Source: Candidatus Latescibacterota bacterium (GTDB lineage: Bacteria; Latescibacterota; UBA2968; UBA8231). From it: 64,000 nt of DNA. The position numbers and the translations under genes are program-made. Shown here piece by piece: positions 9,717 to 20,800 of the stretch. The stretch's first letter is position 1, and each line of letters starts with the position of its first letter. The stretch lies in assembly GCA_965200315.1 (NCBI GenBank), contig OZ241362.1:5056001-5120000 (forward strand), written 5' to 3'. The notes under the pieces were generated by a model, which did no database searches, was not told where the DNA came from, and was given only the letters and a program-made list of their open reading frames with translations.

Positions 9717-12559
9717 CGCCTGAAGAATTCATAGCCAAGTGGCGTGCAGTTCAGCTCAAGGAGCGTTCTGCCGCGCAAGAGCACTTTATCGACTTGTGCG
9801 GGTTGCTCGACGAGCCAACGCCGGCTAAGGCTGACCCTACGGGCGATGCGTATTGCTTTGAGCACGGTGCGAGCATAGAGGGTGGGGGAGATGGTTGGGC
9901 CGATGTGTGGAAGCGGCACCATTTTGCGTGGGAATACAAAGGCAAGCGCACCAACTTGGATGATGCTTTTACGCAGCTTCGACGGTATGCGCTCGCGCTG
10001 GAGAATCCACCGCTCTTGATCGCGTCAGATATGGCGCAATTTCGCATCCGCACGAATTGGACGAATAGCGTCAGCGAGACCTACGAGATCGGGCTGGAGG
10101 AATTGGTTGATGCTGAGAAGCGCGATCTGCTCAAATGGGCTTTTTCGGACCCGGAGCGGCTACGACCTGGGCTGACGCGGCAGGTGCTTACCGAGCGGGC
10201 GGCTGCGTCTTTTGCTCAGTTGGCGCAAAGGTTGCGCGAGCGTGGGCACGAGCCGCAGACTGTGGCGCATTTTATCAATCGTCTCGTGTTCTGCATGTTC
10301 GCCGAAGACGTGGGCTTGCTACCCAATGCGATGTTTACGCGGATGTTGGAACGCACACTTGAGCAGCCTGAAAAATTCGCCGAATATGCGCGAAGTCTGT
10401 TTCAGGCGATGGCTGAGGGCGGTGATGTGGGCTTTGAGCCGGTCGCTTGGTTCAACGGCGGCTTGTTTGACGATGATGCAGCTCTGCCGCTGGAAAGGGC
10501 GGATATTGCAGCGGCGTTGGCGGCAGCAGCTCTCGATTGGGCGGAGATTGATCCTTCCATCCTCGGCACTTTATTTGAGCGTGGGTTAGACCCGGCTAAG
10601 CGAGCGCAGTTGGGGGCGCATTATACGGACCGCGACAAAGTTATGCTTCTCGTCGAGCCAGTGGTGATTCGTCCGTGGCTGGCTGAGTGGGCGGAGGTGA
10701 AGGATGAGATCGTCGCTATGGTGGAACGGGCGAAGGCCGCGAGGACACCGGCTGTTCGCACTCGACGCCTTGCAGAGGCTGAGCGGCGATTGCGCGCGTT
10801 TCTCCAACGGCTGCGTGGGTTTACTGTACTCGACCCAGCCTGTGGTTCGGGGAATTTCCTATACATTGCCTTGCAGTCGCTCAAGGATTTGGAGCAGCAG
10901 GTGCAGTGGGAGGCCGAGGTGCTTGGCTTTCAGCGCCAGTTTCCGGGGATTGGGCCGGCCAACGTTAAGGGAATCGAGATCAATCCGTATGCGGCGGAAC
11001 TAGCTCGCGTTTCCGTGTGGATTGGGGAGATTCAGTGGATGCGGCGGAATGGGCATGGCGAGGCGCGAGACCCGATCTTGAAGCCGTTAGATACGATTGA
11101 ATGCCGCGATGCGATTATTGGGGAGAATGGAGAGGAACCGGAGTGGCCGGAGGCGGATGTAGTGATCGGCAATCCACCGTTTCTCGGAGGAAAGTTGTTG
11201 CGTCGGACGCTAGGGGGTGAGTATGTGCAGCGTTTGCAGCGGCTCTATGGGGAGCGGATTCACGGGGAGGCGGACTTGGTCTGTCATTGGTTTGACAAGG
11301 CGGCTCGACTGATAGCTGCTAAAAAGATCGTCCGCGCCGGTCTAGTTGCCACTAATTCGATTCGGGGTGGGCGCAATCGGGCCGTGCTTGACCGGGTTGT
11401 CAAGGCTGGGGGCATTTTTGACGCTTGGGCAGACGAGCCGTGGGTTGTTGATGGGGCGGCGGTGCGGGTGTCATTGGTGTGCTTTGCTGACGAGGGGTCT
11501 GCTTTGCCCGTGCGTCTAAATGGCGGGGATGCTCCGCGGATTAACTCGGACTTGACGGCAGGCAATCTCGACTTAGCGCAAGTCGTGCGCTTGAAGCAAA
11601 ACGCCAAGGTTTCGTTTATGGGCAATACCAAAAATGGAAAGTTTGATGTTGCGGGCGATTTGGCCCGCGATTGGCTCAGCCAGCCGACGAATCCGAATGG
11701 GCGTCCTAATTCTGATGTACTCAAGCCGTGGGTGAACGGCATGGACTTGACGCGGCGTCCGGCAGGCAAGTGGATTGTGGATTTTGGCGACGCCATGGAC
11801 GAAGGAGAGGCCGCTCTGTACGAAGCCCCGTTTGCCCATGTCGCTACATACGTGCGACCGGTGAGAGAGAAAAACCGCGCACCGAAAGTTAAGAAATTCT
11901 GGTGGCAGCACGAAGCACCGCGGTCCGGCATGTGGAATGCCCTGAAGGGGCTCACGCGCTACATCGCTACGCCGCGTGTTGCCAAGCATCGGCTGTTCGT
12001 CTGGCTTGATGTATGCGTTTGCCCCGACAGTGCGGTCATCGCCATCGCCCGGGACGACGACACGACGTTTGGTATCCTGCACAGCCGGTTTCACGAAGCG
12101 TGGTCGCTGCGGCTCTGCACATGGCTCGGCAAGGGCAACGATCCGCGCTACACGCCAACCACCACCTTCGAGACATTCCCGTTCCCTAAAGGGCTATCGC
12201 CCGACATCCCGGCCGCTGATTATGCAGACGATCCCCACGCCGTTGCCATCGCTGAAACAGCGCGGCGACTGGTCAAATTTCGCGACCACTGGCTCAACCC
12301 GCCCGAAAGGGTCGAATGGGTGGACGAGCCGGTGCCCGGCTATCCCAAGCGCCCGGTGCCCCGCGACGAAGCGGCGGCGCAGGAACTCAAGAAGCGGCCG
12401 CTGACGAATCTCTACAACGACCGCCCGCAATGGCTTGACGACGCGCATAAAGCTCTTGATGCAGCAGTGGCGGCGGCGTATGGGTGGGATGCGAACATAT
12501 CGGAGGATGCGGTACTGGAGAAGTTGCTGGCGTTAAATTCGGAGGATGGACGCGGTTAA
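9713..12559 (+). CDS. MmeI-like (type IIG/IIL) restriction-modification adenine methyltransferase fusion
   Basis: Motif I VLDPACGSGNF and motif IV GNPPF; N-terminal ADVW...WEYK nuclease-like segment; C-terminal TRD; ATGA overlap with higA. Confidence 0.88.
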   Translation: MTPEEFIAKWRAVQLKERSAAQEHFIDLCGLLDEPTPAKADPTGDAYCFEHGASIEGGGDGWADVWKRHHFAWEYKGKRTNLDDAFTQLRRYALALENPPLLIASDMAQFRIRTNWTNSVSETYEIGLEELVDAEKRDLLKWAFSDPERLRPGLTRQVLTERAAASFAQLAQRLRERGHEPQTVAHFINRLVFCMFAEDVGLLPNAMFTRMLERTLEQPEKFAEYARSLFQAMAEGGDVGFEPVAWFNGGLFDDDAALPLERADIAAALAAAALDWAEIDPSILGTLFERGLDPAKRAQLGAHYTDRDKVMLLVEPVVIRPWLAEWAEVKDEIVAMVERAKAARTPAVRTRRLAEAERRLRAFLQRLRGFTVLDPACGSGNFLYIALQSLKDLEQQVQWEAEVLGFQRQFPGIGPANVKGIEINPYAAELARVSVWIGEIQWMRRNGHGEARDPILKPLDTIECRDAIIGENGEEPEWPEADVVIGNPPFLGGKLLRRTLGGEYVQRLQRLYGERIHGEADLVCHWFDKAARLIAAKKIVRAGLVATNSIRGGRNRAVLDRVVKAGGIFDAWADEPWVVDGAAVRVSLVCFADEGSALPVRLNGGDAPRINSDLTAGNLDLAQVVRLKQNAKVSFMGNTKNGKFDVAGDLARDWLSQPTNPNGRPNSDVLKPWVNGMDLTRRPAGKWIVDFGDAMDEGEAALYEAPFAHVATYVRPVREKNRAPKVKKFWWQHEAPRSGMWNALKGLTRYIATPRVAKHRLFVWLDVCVCPDSAVIAIARDDDTTFGILHSRFHEAWSLRLCTWLGKGNDPRYTPTTTFETFPFPKGLSPDIPAADYADDPHAVAIAETARRLVKFRDHWLNPPERVEWVDEPVPGYPKRPVPRDEAAAQELKKRPLTNLYNDRPQWLDDAHKALDAAVAAAYGWDANISEDAVLEKLLALNSEDGRG

Positions 12560-12639
12560 AGTATTAAAGTCCGTAGTGGCACTTTCAGCGAAGTACTGAA
12601 CTTGGCGACCGCAACTAACTGTTAGGGTTTAATAGGGAG

Positions 12640-14655
12640 ATGGCACAGTCTTGCCAAGAAGCGCACCGCGTGCAAAAGGAAATCCCCACCCAGTACCTCG
12701 CCCATCTCAGCGACCGCTATCTTGTAGAATTGCCCGGGTCCGGCCTGAGTTGGCGGTCTGTGTTGCTCGGGCTGGGGCTGGTCGTGGCCATCAGCATCGG
12801 CAGCCCCTATTCAATATGGATGGTCGGCTCGTCGGAAATGACGTGGTCGTACTTTCCCATTGCCGTGGGGGCGCCGCTGTTTCTCTTGGTCTTGGGCAAC
12901 GCGCTGCTCAAACGCGCCCTCAGCGCGGCCGAGCTGATCACCATAGTCATCATGGGGTTGGTCGCCAGCGGTATGCCCATCTTCATGGTCGGCCTGATTC
13001 TCAGCATTATATCTAAGCCCTATTACGGTGCGCTTCCGACCAACCAGTGGGCCGAATACGTCCATCCCTATCTGCCGGATTGGGCTATCCCCGACCCAGC
13101 GCACGACGCCATGCGCTTTTTCTACGAGGGCCTGCCGAGCAAAGACTTGGCTATTCCGTGGGGGGCGTGGGTCGAGCCGCTGTTGTGGTGGCTGCTGCTG
13201 GTGCTGGCCATATACTTCGTCGGCCTGTGCTCGGTGGTAGTGCTGCGCCGGCATTGGATGGAGCGCGAACGGCTGACCTTCCCCCTGACTGAAGTGGCCT
13301 TGATGCTGACTGAAGAGGCCCCGGGATCGGCGTTGCCGCCCGCGCTCAAGACCCGGGTTTTCTGGATCGGCTTTGCCATACCGTTCGGCCTGATCGCCTT
13401 CAATGTTCCCAGCTACTTTTACCCCGGCTTGGCGCAAGTGCCCGTCTTTCAGGGGTGGAACTTTTCCCTCATTCCCCAAGCACCGCCCATCAACCTGCTG
13501 CTGTACTTTCCGGTCTTGGGGTTTATGTATCTGGCTCCGCTGGCCATTTCGTTTAGCGTCTGGTTCTTCCATCTGCTCTACTTGGTGCAACTGGGCCTGA
13601 TCACCGAAATGGGTCTTTTCAATTTGCGCGCCGACCCGTTTGTGTACAGCGGCCCGCCCTTGTCGTGGCAGTCTTGGGGGGCTTTTGTGGCAATGGTGGG
13701 GTGGAGCTTGTGGATGGCAAGGAGTCACCTCGCGGCCGTGTGGCGCACTGCGCTGGGACGCGCCGGACAGATCGACGACAGCGACGAGATGATTTCCTAT
13801 CGGGTTGCTGTGGGTGGTGGGTTGGCCGGGCTGTGTTTTATCCTCGGCTGGCTGTGGCGCAGCGGCTTGGACCTGCACCTGGCGGCCCTCTATTTGGCGG
13901 CCGCGCTGACGATTTTCTTGGGCATTACGCGGCTGGTGGTACAAGCGGGTCTGCACTATTTGACGACGCCCATGAGCGCTCAGGGCATGGTTGTGGCTGC
14001 TGCTGGCTCGGCCTTGGGGCCGCAGAACTTGGTCGCGCTGGCACTGACTTTTGCGTGGTGCAGCGATGTGCAATCCACCTTCATGCCGTCGGCAGCCAAC
14101 GCGCTCAAGCTGCACGATTACTACACGCATCGACGCAGCGGGGGGTTGGCCTTGGCTATTGGCTTGGCGGTGGTGGTCAGCTTTGTCGCGACTACCAGCT
14201 TTATGATCTACTTGTGCTACGACTACGGGGCGGGCAATTTGCGCTCGTGGTTTTTCAATGCGGCTGGAGGTGTGGGCGGCCGAGCCTTCGACTGGGTCGC
14301 CGAGCAGACGCGCAATCCCGCGCCCGTTGATTGGGACAAACTTGGCTTGGCTGGCAGTGGGGTGGTGGGCTATGTGGTGCTGGCGTTTTTGCACTATCGG
14401 ATCGCGTGGTGGCCCTTGCACCCGGTGGGGCTAGCGGTAGCCTCGACTTGGATGGTCCGGCGGATTGTGTTCTCGGTCTTCTTGGCGTGGGCCTGCAAGG
14501 CGTTGATCTTGCGCTTCGGCGGCGTGGTGCTCTACCAGCGGCTCAAACCGCTGTTTATCGGGCTGGTGGTGGGGTTTTTCTGCGGGGTTTTTCTGTCGTT
14601 TGTGCTCGACTGGGGCTGGTTTAAGGGTGCGGGGCATCCGATCCTGCACGGGTGA
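12640..14655 (+). CDS. Polytopic membrane protein, DUF6785/DUF6784-like putative transporter
   Basis: Many TM helices; WMERERLTFPL and WWPLHPVG motifs. Confidence 0.7.
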   Translation: MAQSCQEAHRVQKEIPTQYLAHLSDRYLVELPGSGLSWRSVLLGLGLVVAISIGSPYSIWMVGSSEMTWSYFPIAVGAPLFLLVLGNALLKRALSAAELITIVIMGLVASGMPIFMVGLILSIISKPYYGALPTNQWAEYVHPYLPDWAIPDPAHDAMRFFYEGLPSKDLAIPWGAWVEPLLWWLLLVLAIYFVGLCSVVVLRRHWMERERLTFPLTEVALMLTEEAPGSALPPALKTRVFWIGFAIPFGLIAFNVPSYFYPGLAQVPVFQGWNFSLIPQAPPINLLLYFPVLGFMYLAPLAISFSVWFFHLLYLVQLGLITEMGLFNLRADPFVYSGPPLSWQSWGAFVAMVGWSLWMARSHLAAVWRTALGRAGQIDDSDEMISYRVAVGGGLAGLCFILGWLWRSGLDLHLAALYLAAALTIFLGITRLVVQAGLHYLTTPMSAQGMVVAAAGSALGPQNLVALALTFAWCSDVQSTFMPSAANALKLHDYYTHRRSGGLALAIGLAVVVSFVATTSFMIYLCYDYGAGNLRSWFFNAAGGVGGRAFDWVAEQTRNPAPVDWDKLGLAGSGVVGYVVLAFLHYRIAWWPLHPVGLAVASTWMVRRIVFSVFLAWACKALILRFGGVVLYQRLKPLFIGLVVGFFCGVFLSFVLDWGWFKGAGHPILHG

Positions 14656-14704
14656 GGGGATTGCTGTATATTGAGGCCGCAACCACGAGGAAAGGTATTC
14701 TCTT

Positions 14705-15478
14705 ATGAACACTTCCCATTCCCTGCATGTCCCCGCCGAGGCCGTGCAGTTCTACCGCGATCACGGTTATTTCGTCTATCAACAGCCGCTCTTTCCCGCT
14801 GAAAAGTTTCAGTGCCTGCAAGCCTTCTTCGCTGGCTTGTTGGCCGATTTGCCTGCGGGCAAGCGGCCAGAGGCCATGGATGTGCCACACTTTGCCCACC
14901 CAGTGCTTTTCGAGTGGCTGCTCGCCGACGAGGTGCTCGATTTTGTCGAGGCGTTTATCGGCCCGGACCTTGTCTTGTGGTCGAGCCACTTTATCAGCAA
15001 GCCGCCCGGCGACGGCAAGCGCGTGCCTTGGCACGAAGACTCGGCGTATTGGAATGAGCGGCTCAGCGAGCACGAGGTGTTGACCGTGTGGCTGGCCATC
15101 GACGACTCGACGCGAGAAAACGGCTGTATGCGGGTGATCGCTGATTCGCACCGACACGGCTTTTCCGACTACGTGGAGGTCGATCACAACACCCACGTCT
15201 TCGGGCGCGAAATTGTGGCCGAGCAAGTTGATACGTCGCGGATTGTCGATCTGGAACTCCGCGAGGGCCAGTGCCACATCCACCACGCCAAAATTATCCA
15301 CGGCTCCAACCCCAACACCAGTGCCAAGCGGCGCTGCGGCTACACCATGCGCTACATGCCAGCGACGGTGAAGGTGCGGTCCACACAGTCCCATGCGGTG
15401 TATTTGGCGCGGGGCCGAGATCGGGCCGGCAACGAGTACGCAGATCCGTCGACGCCGTTTGCATCGGGCATTCGCTAG
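14705..15478 (+). CDS. Phytanoyl-CoA dioxygenase (PhyH) family Fe(II)/2-oxoglutarate oxygenase
   Basis: PWHED (HxD), TVWLAIDD...NGC, IHGSNPN...RR. Confidence 0.9.
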   Translation: MNTSHSLHVPAEAVQFYRDHGYFVYQQPLFPAEKFQCLQAFFAGLLADLPAGKRPEAMDVPHFAHPVLFEWLLADEVLDFVEAFIGPDLVLWSSHFISKPPGDGKRVPWHEDSAYWNERLSEHEVLTVWLAIDDSTRENGCMRVIADSHRHGFSDYVEVDHNTHVFGREIVAEQVDTSRIVDLELREGQCHIHHAKIIHGSNPNTSAKRRCGYTMRYMPATVKVRSTQSHAVYLARGRDRAGNEYADPSTPFASGIR

Positions 15479-15544
15479 CGGGTAGTAATTGACGCGGATG
15501 TACAAATACATTCACGTTGTTTTCTCAACAACAAGAGGTGCGCT

Positions 15545-16270
15545 ATGGACCTATTTCACGAGACCGAGTTAGGTAAAATCTACTTAGGGGACGCGCTCGA
15601 TTTGATGAGTGAGTTTGAGGATAAAAGTGTCAATCTGATTATGACGTCACCGCCATTTGGATTGGTTCGCAAAAAGGACTACGGCAATGTCGATGCGGAT
15701 CAATACCTCGATTGGTTTCGGCCATTTGCCAAAGAATTTATACGCATCCTCAAGGACAATGGTTCTCTGGTCATTGATATTGGTGGTGCTTGGATTCCGG
15801 GGCAGCCAACTCGCTCGCTTTATCACTATGAGCTTTTGATTATGCTTTGCCGGGAATTCGATTTTCATCTCGCCCAAGAATTCTTCTGGTGGAATCCCTC
15901 AAAGTTGCCTACGCCGGCCGAGTGGGTGAACATACGGCGAGTTCGAGTTAAAGATGCGGTCAATTGCGTCTGGTGGCTTTCGCCGACTCCTTGGCCCAAA
16001 GCTAGCAATCGCCGGGTTTTGGTTCCGTATAGCAATTCGATGAAAGGGTTGCTCAAGAATGGATATAGAGCCAAGCTAAGGCCCAGTGGGCACGATATTA
16101 GTGAAAAATTTAACGTTGACAATGGTGCTTCTATTCCACCCAATCTCATCGCCATTCCCAATACAGAGAGCAATTCCAATTATTTGCGACTTTGCAAGGA
16201 GCACGATGTAAAACCGCATCCCGCTCGCTTTCCTGCTGAATTGCCCGAGTACTTCATTAGGATGCTAACC
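15545..16270 (+). pseudogene. Beta-class (N4-cytosine-type) DNA methyltransferase, 3'-truncated
   Basis: TSPPF catalytic motif and HPARFP present; the sequence diverges after FIRMLT and the downstream SAM-binding DPFxGS motif is missing. Confidence 0.8.
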
Positions 16271-16497
16271 ATCGCGCTTATGACAACAGCTTGATTTATC
16301 TCGATACAAAATACTACATGCGGCTCAATAGTCAGAAAGTAGATGAATTAAAAAGCCAGCGGCTCAACGCCGGCCTTGACGATCTGCGTTGTTACTTGGA
16401 TGCTCGGATACACTTGCCGGTAGATAAAGATCAGTGGCCCGACCTGGGACTTATTGAGAGAGCCAATAAGCTGTGGCGAATACAGGGCTACTACTGA
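16267..16497 (+). pseudogene. C-terminal fragment of an HNH endonuclease-like gene
   Basis: Frame reads NHRAYDNSLIYLD...IHLP...WP, like the C-terminal half of HNH restriction nucleases; no N-terminus present. Confidence 0.55.
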
Positions 16498-16544
16498 GTG
16501 GCGAGGTTCGGAGTGCAACTTTGCTGACAATGGAGGAGCAAACC

Positions 16545-17825
16545 ATGAAAAAATACACACTGGTCTCACTGCTGCTTTTGGCCGCTTTGTGCGCTGGTGC
16601 TGAAGAGTACTGGCCCCAGTGGCGCGGCCCCAACCACAACGGCGTCAGCAAAGCTGTGGGCCTGCCGACGACTTGGAGCACGAGCGAGAATGTGGTCTGG
16701 AGTAGGAAACTGCCTTCTTGGAGCGGGAGCACACCGGTGGTGTGGGGCGAGCGGATCTTTTTGACGTCGCCCAATTCGGGCGAGGAGATCCAAGGCGGCG
16801 AAAAGCTGCTTTTGGGCTGCTTGTCAACGGCCGATGGCCGCGTGTTGTGGCAGCGCACACTCGACGAGGGCAATGCCTATTGGCGCAAGCACAACAACAC
16901 CTCGCCTTCGCCAGTCACGGACGGCGAGCGCGTACTGGCCGTTACGGGTACAGGGATGATCCGGGCCTTTGACATGGAGGGTGAGGAACTATGGCACTAC
17001 GACTTGCAGGCCAAGCACGGCTCCTTCGGCCTGATGTGGGGCTACGCCTCTTCGCCTTTGCTCTACGACGGCAAGCTCTTCGTCGAGGTTCTGCACGGAA
17101 TGAACACGGACGATCCTTCCTACCTGATTGCCTTTGATGCGGCTACTGGCGGGGTTGAATGGCGGCGGGAGCGGCCAACAGACGCGCCGGGCGAGTCGCC
17201 GGACGCCTATACTACGCCCGTAGTCCTCGAACACAACGGCCAGACGCAAATTGTCGTCTCCGGCGGCGACTATCTCACCGGGCACGATCCAGCTACCGGC
17301 GCAGAGGTGTGGCGGGCGGGTGGCTTGAATCCGGGCAAGGAGCGGAATTACCGGGTGGTCGGGTCGCCGGTCGCGGTTGCCGGAATGGTGTACGCGACGA
17401 GTCGCCGCAATCCAGTGCTAGCGTTTCGCGCCGGTGGCACGGGGGACATTAGCGCAAGCCACTTGGCGTGGAAGTGGACGGGGGCCGGCGGTCCAGACGT
17501 GCCTTCGGCTGCTAGCGATGGCCGCTATTTCTACATGGTTGATGACCGCGGGCGGGCCACCTGCCTCGATGCCCAAACGGGTGCGGTGCTGTGGGGGCCG
17601 GAGCGCACGGCCCAAGGGTCGGTTAGTGCCTCGCCGGTTTTGGCCGACGGCAAGCTCTACGTGGTCAACGAAAACGCAGTGACGACCGTGATGCAGGCCG
17701 GACCAGAGTACCAGGTGCTGGCGACTAACGAACTCGCCGGGGGCTATACGCTGTCGTCGCTGGCCATCGCCGGGGGGCGGATTTTCCTGCGGACGGAGTC
17801 GCACCTGTACTGCATCGGCCCGTAG
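16545..17825 (+). CDS. Secreted PQQ-like beta-propeller repeat protein
   Basis: GGAGGAG SD before ATG 16545; signal peptide; WPQWRGP; repeated SSP and D..TG...W blades. Confidence 0.88.
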   Translation: MKKYTLVSLLLLAALCAGAEEYWPQWRGPNHNGVSKAVGLPTTWSTSENVVWSRKLPSWSGSTPVVWGERIFLTSPNSGEEIQGGEKLLLGCLSTADGRVLWQRTLDEGNAYWRKHNNTSPSPVTDGERVLAVTGTGMIRAFDMEGEELWHYDLQAKHGSFGLMWGYASSPLLYDGKLFVEVLHGMNTDDPSYLIAFDAATGGVEWRRERPTDAPGESPDAYTTPVVLEHNGQTQIVVSGGDYLTGHDPATGAEVWRAGGLNPGKERNYRVVGSPVAVAGMVYATSRRNPVLAFRAGGTGDISASHLAWKWTGAGGPDVPSAASDGRYFYMVDDRGRATCLDAQTGAVLWGPERTAQGSVSASPVLADGKLYVVNENAVTTVMQAGPEYQVLATNELAGGYTLSSLAIAGGRIFLRTESHLYCIGP

Positions 17826-17831
17826 CGCCGC

Positions 17832-20800
17832 TCACTCGGCCTTGAGGGCCGCGAGCAGGGGGCGGCGCAGGGCCCAGTGCGCCGCGACCCCACACGCCAA
17901 CAGGCCAGCAGCGAAGACCAAGCCGAGCGAGATGCCCAGCGAGGCCCAAGGCAAGGGGGCGGGGTCGAAGAGGCGGGGGGCCACAGCGATGAGGGCGGCG
18001 GCGCTGCCTATCCCTGCGCCCGCTAGCAGGAGGAATCCGTGCTCGTAGAGCAGCATGGCCCCGAGGCGGGCGCGGCCGAAGCCACAGGCACTCAAGGCCG
18101 CCAACTCGCCACTGCGCTCGAGGACGTTGCGCAGGATGAGAACTCCCAATCCCAAAGTTCCCAAGAGCAGCCCGAGCAAGCCCAGCGTCTGAAAGGTCGT
18201 TAGGTACGTGTTTTCGACGGCGCGGTAGCCGCGAAGGTGCTCGGCGCTCAAGGTGGCGTCGAGGCCGTAGGCTGCTAGCTCCCTTTCGAGCGCGGCCGCG
18301 ACAGCGGCTGGTTGCTCCGTTTCGACCAAGAAGTAGCCATAGCCTTCGCGTGCGGGGAAATGCGCGGCGAAGCGATCCTCGGCAATGAGCAACTCGCTCT
18401 GGAACAGGCTGCCGTCCAACAGCCCGACCAACCGCACGGCCAAGCCCTCGGCAATCGGGATGTCGTCGCCCAGACGCTTGTGCAAAATCCACTGCGCCGA
18501 ATTAAAATCGCCGATGGCTGGGATGACGCCCGGCCCCAAATCTCGCTGGAGCAATCGCCAGGGATTGGTGCGCTCGGCCGGCGTTAGGGGGAGGGTCTGC
18601 CGGAAAGGCAAACGACCGAGTTGGACGAACTCGGCCGGTGCGCCGAGGATGCGCGGGGTCTGGGGTATGTAGAGGTTGCGGCAGCTCACATCGTCGCCGG
18701 GCAAGACGCGGAAGGGGAAAAAGTGCGCGTCATCCAAGTCTGTTGCTAGTCCCAATTCAAAGCGGCCGTCCGCGCTGTTGAGGTCTTGGAGCAGGGGAAT
18801 TTCTGCCTCGGCGACGAGTGAGAAGCCGCCCGGCCCCGGATCGTCTGACCACTCGACCTGTCGGTGAGCTCCAGCGGCGACGATGACGAAGGTAGCGCAG
18901 GCGACGAGAGAGGTGCAGAGGGTGCTGCGGCTTGGTTTACGGCTGCTGTTGAGGAGGCCCAAGCCAAGGCTGGAACTGAGGCGGCTCACTGTCGGAGTGC
19001 GCAGCCATACTGCGAATAGGGCCAACAGCGCCAACAGGGCCGCTGCGCCGCTGCCTAAAAAAAGCGCGGCCGCCGTTGCTGCGTCGGCCATACCGGCGAG
19101 GATGCTTAAGGTGAGAGCTATAACCAGACCAAATGCGGCGAGGACGGAACTGCGACGGCGTGGGAGCTGCGGTGCGGTGTCGAGGGCACCGGCGAGCAAG
19201 GCGCGGACGGGCAGCCGATGGAAGCGCTGCACAGTGCGCCACAGTGCCAGCGAAACCAGCAGCAGGGTGGATAGATAGCCCACCCCTAGGCTCAACGAGC
19301 TAACGTGGAGGTGGAGGAAGGGGGTGCCGATAGCGTCCAACCACAAGGTGTGCAAGCCGACTAGCATCAGATAGGCGTAGAGCGGGGCACCGGCTAGGCC
19401 GAGTAGTGAGCCGAGCCCGGCTAGGGCAATGCCCTCGCCCAAGAAACGCCGGCCCACGGCGGTGAGCGGGTAGCCGGTGGCGAGCAGCAGCCCCGCTTCA
19501 CGCGCACGTTGTTCGAGGCCGAACTTGCACAGCAGAACCACCAGTAATGCAGCCGCGGCGATGAGGAAGAGGCTGAAGCCGATAAAGAGGCCACCGAAGT
19601 CCGTGGCTCCGGTTGATGCTAACAGAGCTTCTTGACGGACGGGGCGCAAGGAGAAGCCCGCCGCCGTCGGAGACAGGTGCGCTAGTAGGTCTTGATGCAG
19701 ACTCTCGTACTGGGCGGACGAGGACGGATAGAAGCGGATGGCGGTTAGGGCTCCGTGGCGGCTGCGCCAGAGGTGCTGACCGGTATGGGCTGCGACGAAG
19801 GCTTTGGGCGCGGCCCCATACTGATCCCAGTAGGCTTCGTCCCGCGGGCGAATTTGACCCAAGTCGATGGGGAAGGGCGCATCCCAAGCAGCCATATCGC
19901 CTTCTGCCTGCAACCCCGGATATTCGGGCGTCAGGGTCGGGTCAATGGCCAAGCCGCGCATCTGCACGATCCCTTGGAGGCGGAAGTGGGCCTGCTCGGT
20001 CCGTAATTCATGGCGCGGGCCGACGACGTAATAGGTCAGGGAGATAGAGTCACCGGGCGCGGCGGTTAGGTCTTGGGCCGTCCAAGCGTCGAGGTAGAGG
20101 GCGTCGGCGGCGAGGGGCGGTGCGGGCCGTCCGTCTGCGAGGTAGAGGCCGGTGGGATCGTCGAGGGCGGTAACGGTTGAATAGGGAACTTGGCGATCGT
20201 TGGCCAGAATGGCGTTGGCCAGATAAGTAGAGAAGGTCGCGGTTTTGAGCTGTAGGGCCGCGGCACTGGTCAAGGCGGCGCGGGTCGAGTCGTCGAGGAC
20301 GAAGCGGGTGCTGGTCAGCTCGATGTAGTTGGAGTGCAGCGCGAGGTCCAGCTTATAGTCGGCAAGGGTTAGGTGCTGGGCGAGAGCGTGTTGCAGGTCT
20401 TGGTGTTGACTGTTGGGCGCGGCGATGAGCAGGGTGTTGACGCGGTCCTGCTGGTCGAGGGTGCGCTGGAGGTCTTGGAGGTTGAGGTAGGCGTTGAGCG
20501 GCAGATGCTGGTGAGGTCGCAGGCCAAAGCGCCCCACCCCGCTGTCGGGCAAGACGCCGGTGAGCACCACGCGCAGGGTAGTGACGATATCGATAGTGGC
20601 GCGGCGGCCAAAGAGGGATTCTCGGTAGGTTGGGCTGGGACTCTCTAGGGAGAGCAGGACTGCGTCGCCTAGTTCAAGGCCGAGGGCGCGTTGCAGCGAG
20701 GCACTGACGGCGAGTGGGGGAAACGGCTGGCCGGGCGTTGGCTTGAGGGCGTCGCGCAAGGCTTCGCCGCTGTCGGGAAAGAGCGCGGTGAAGCGGGAGT

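Noticed and set aside
12811-14421. Long alternative ORFs (536 aa here; also 31156..32547 and the 47447..48112 extension)
   Set aside because: Antisense or off-frame shadows of well-supported genes in GC-rich DNA; Arg/Pro/Gln-rich with no motifs.
2135-16544. Long target duplications around the inserts at 2.1-3.4 kb, 9.4-12.6 kb and 15.5-16.5 kb
   Set aside because: Comparing flanks by eye gave only matches of a few bases, not convincing; a computed alignment could revisit this.
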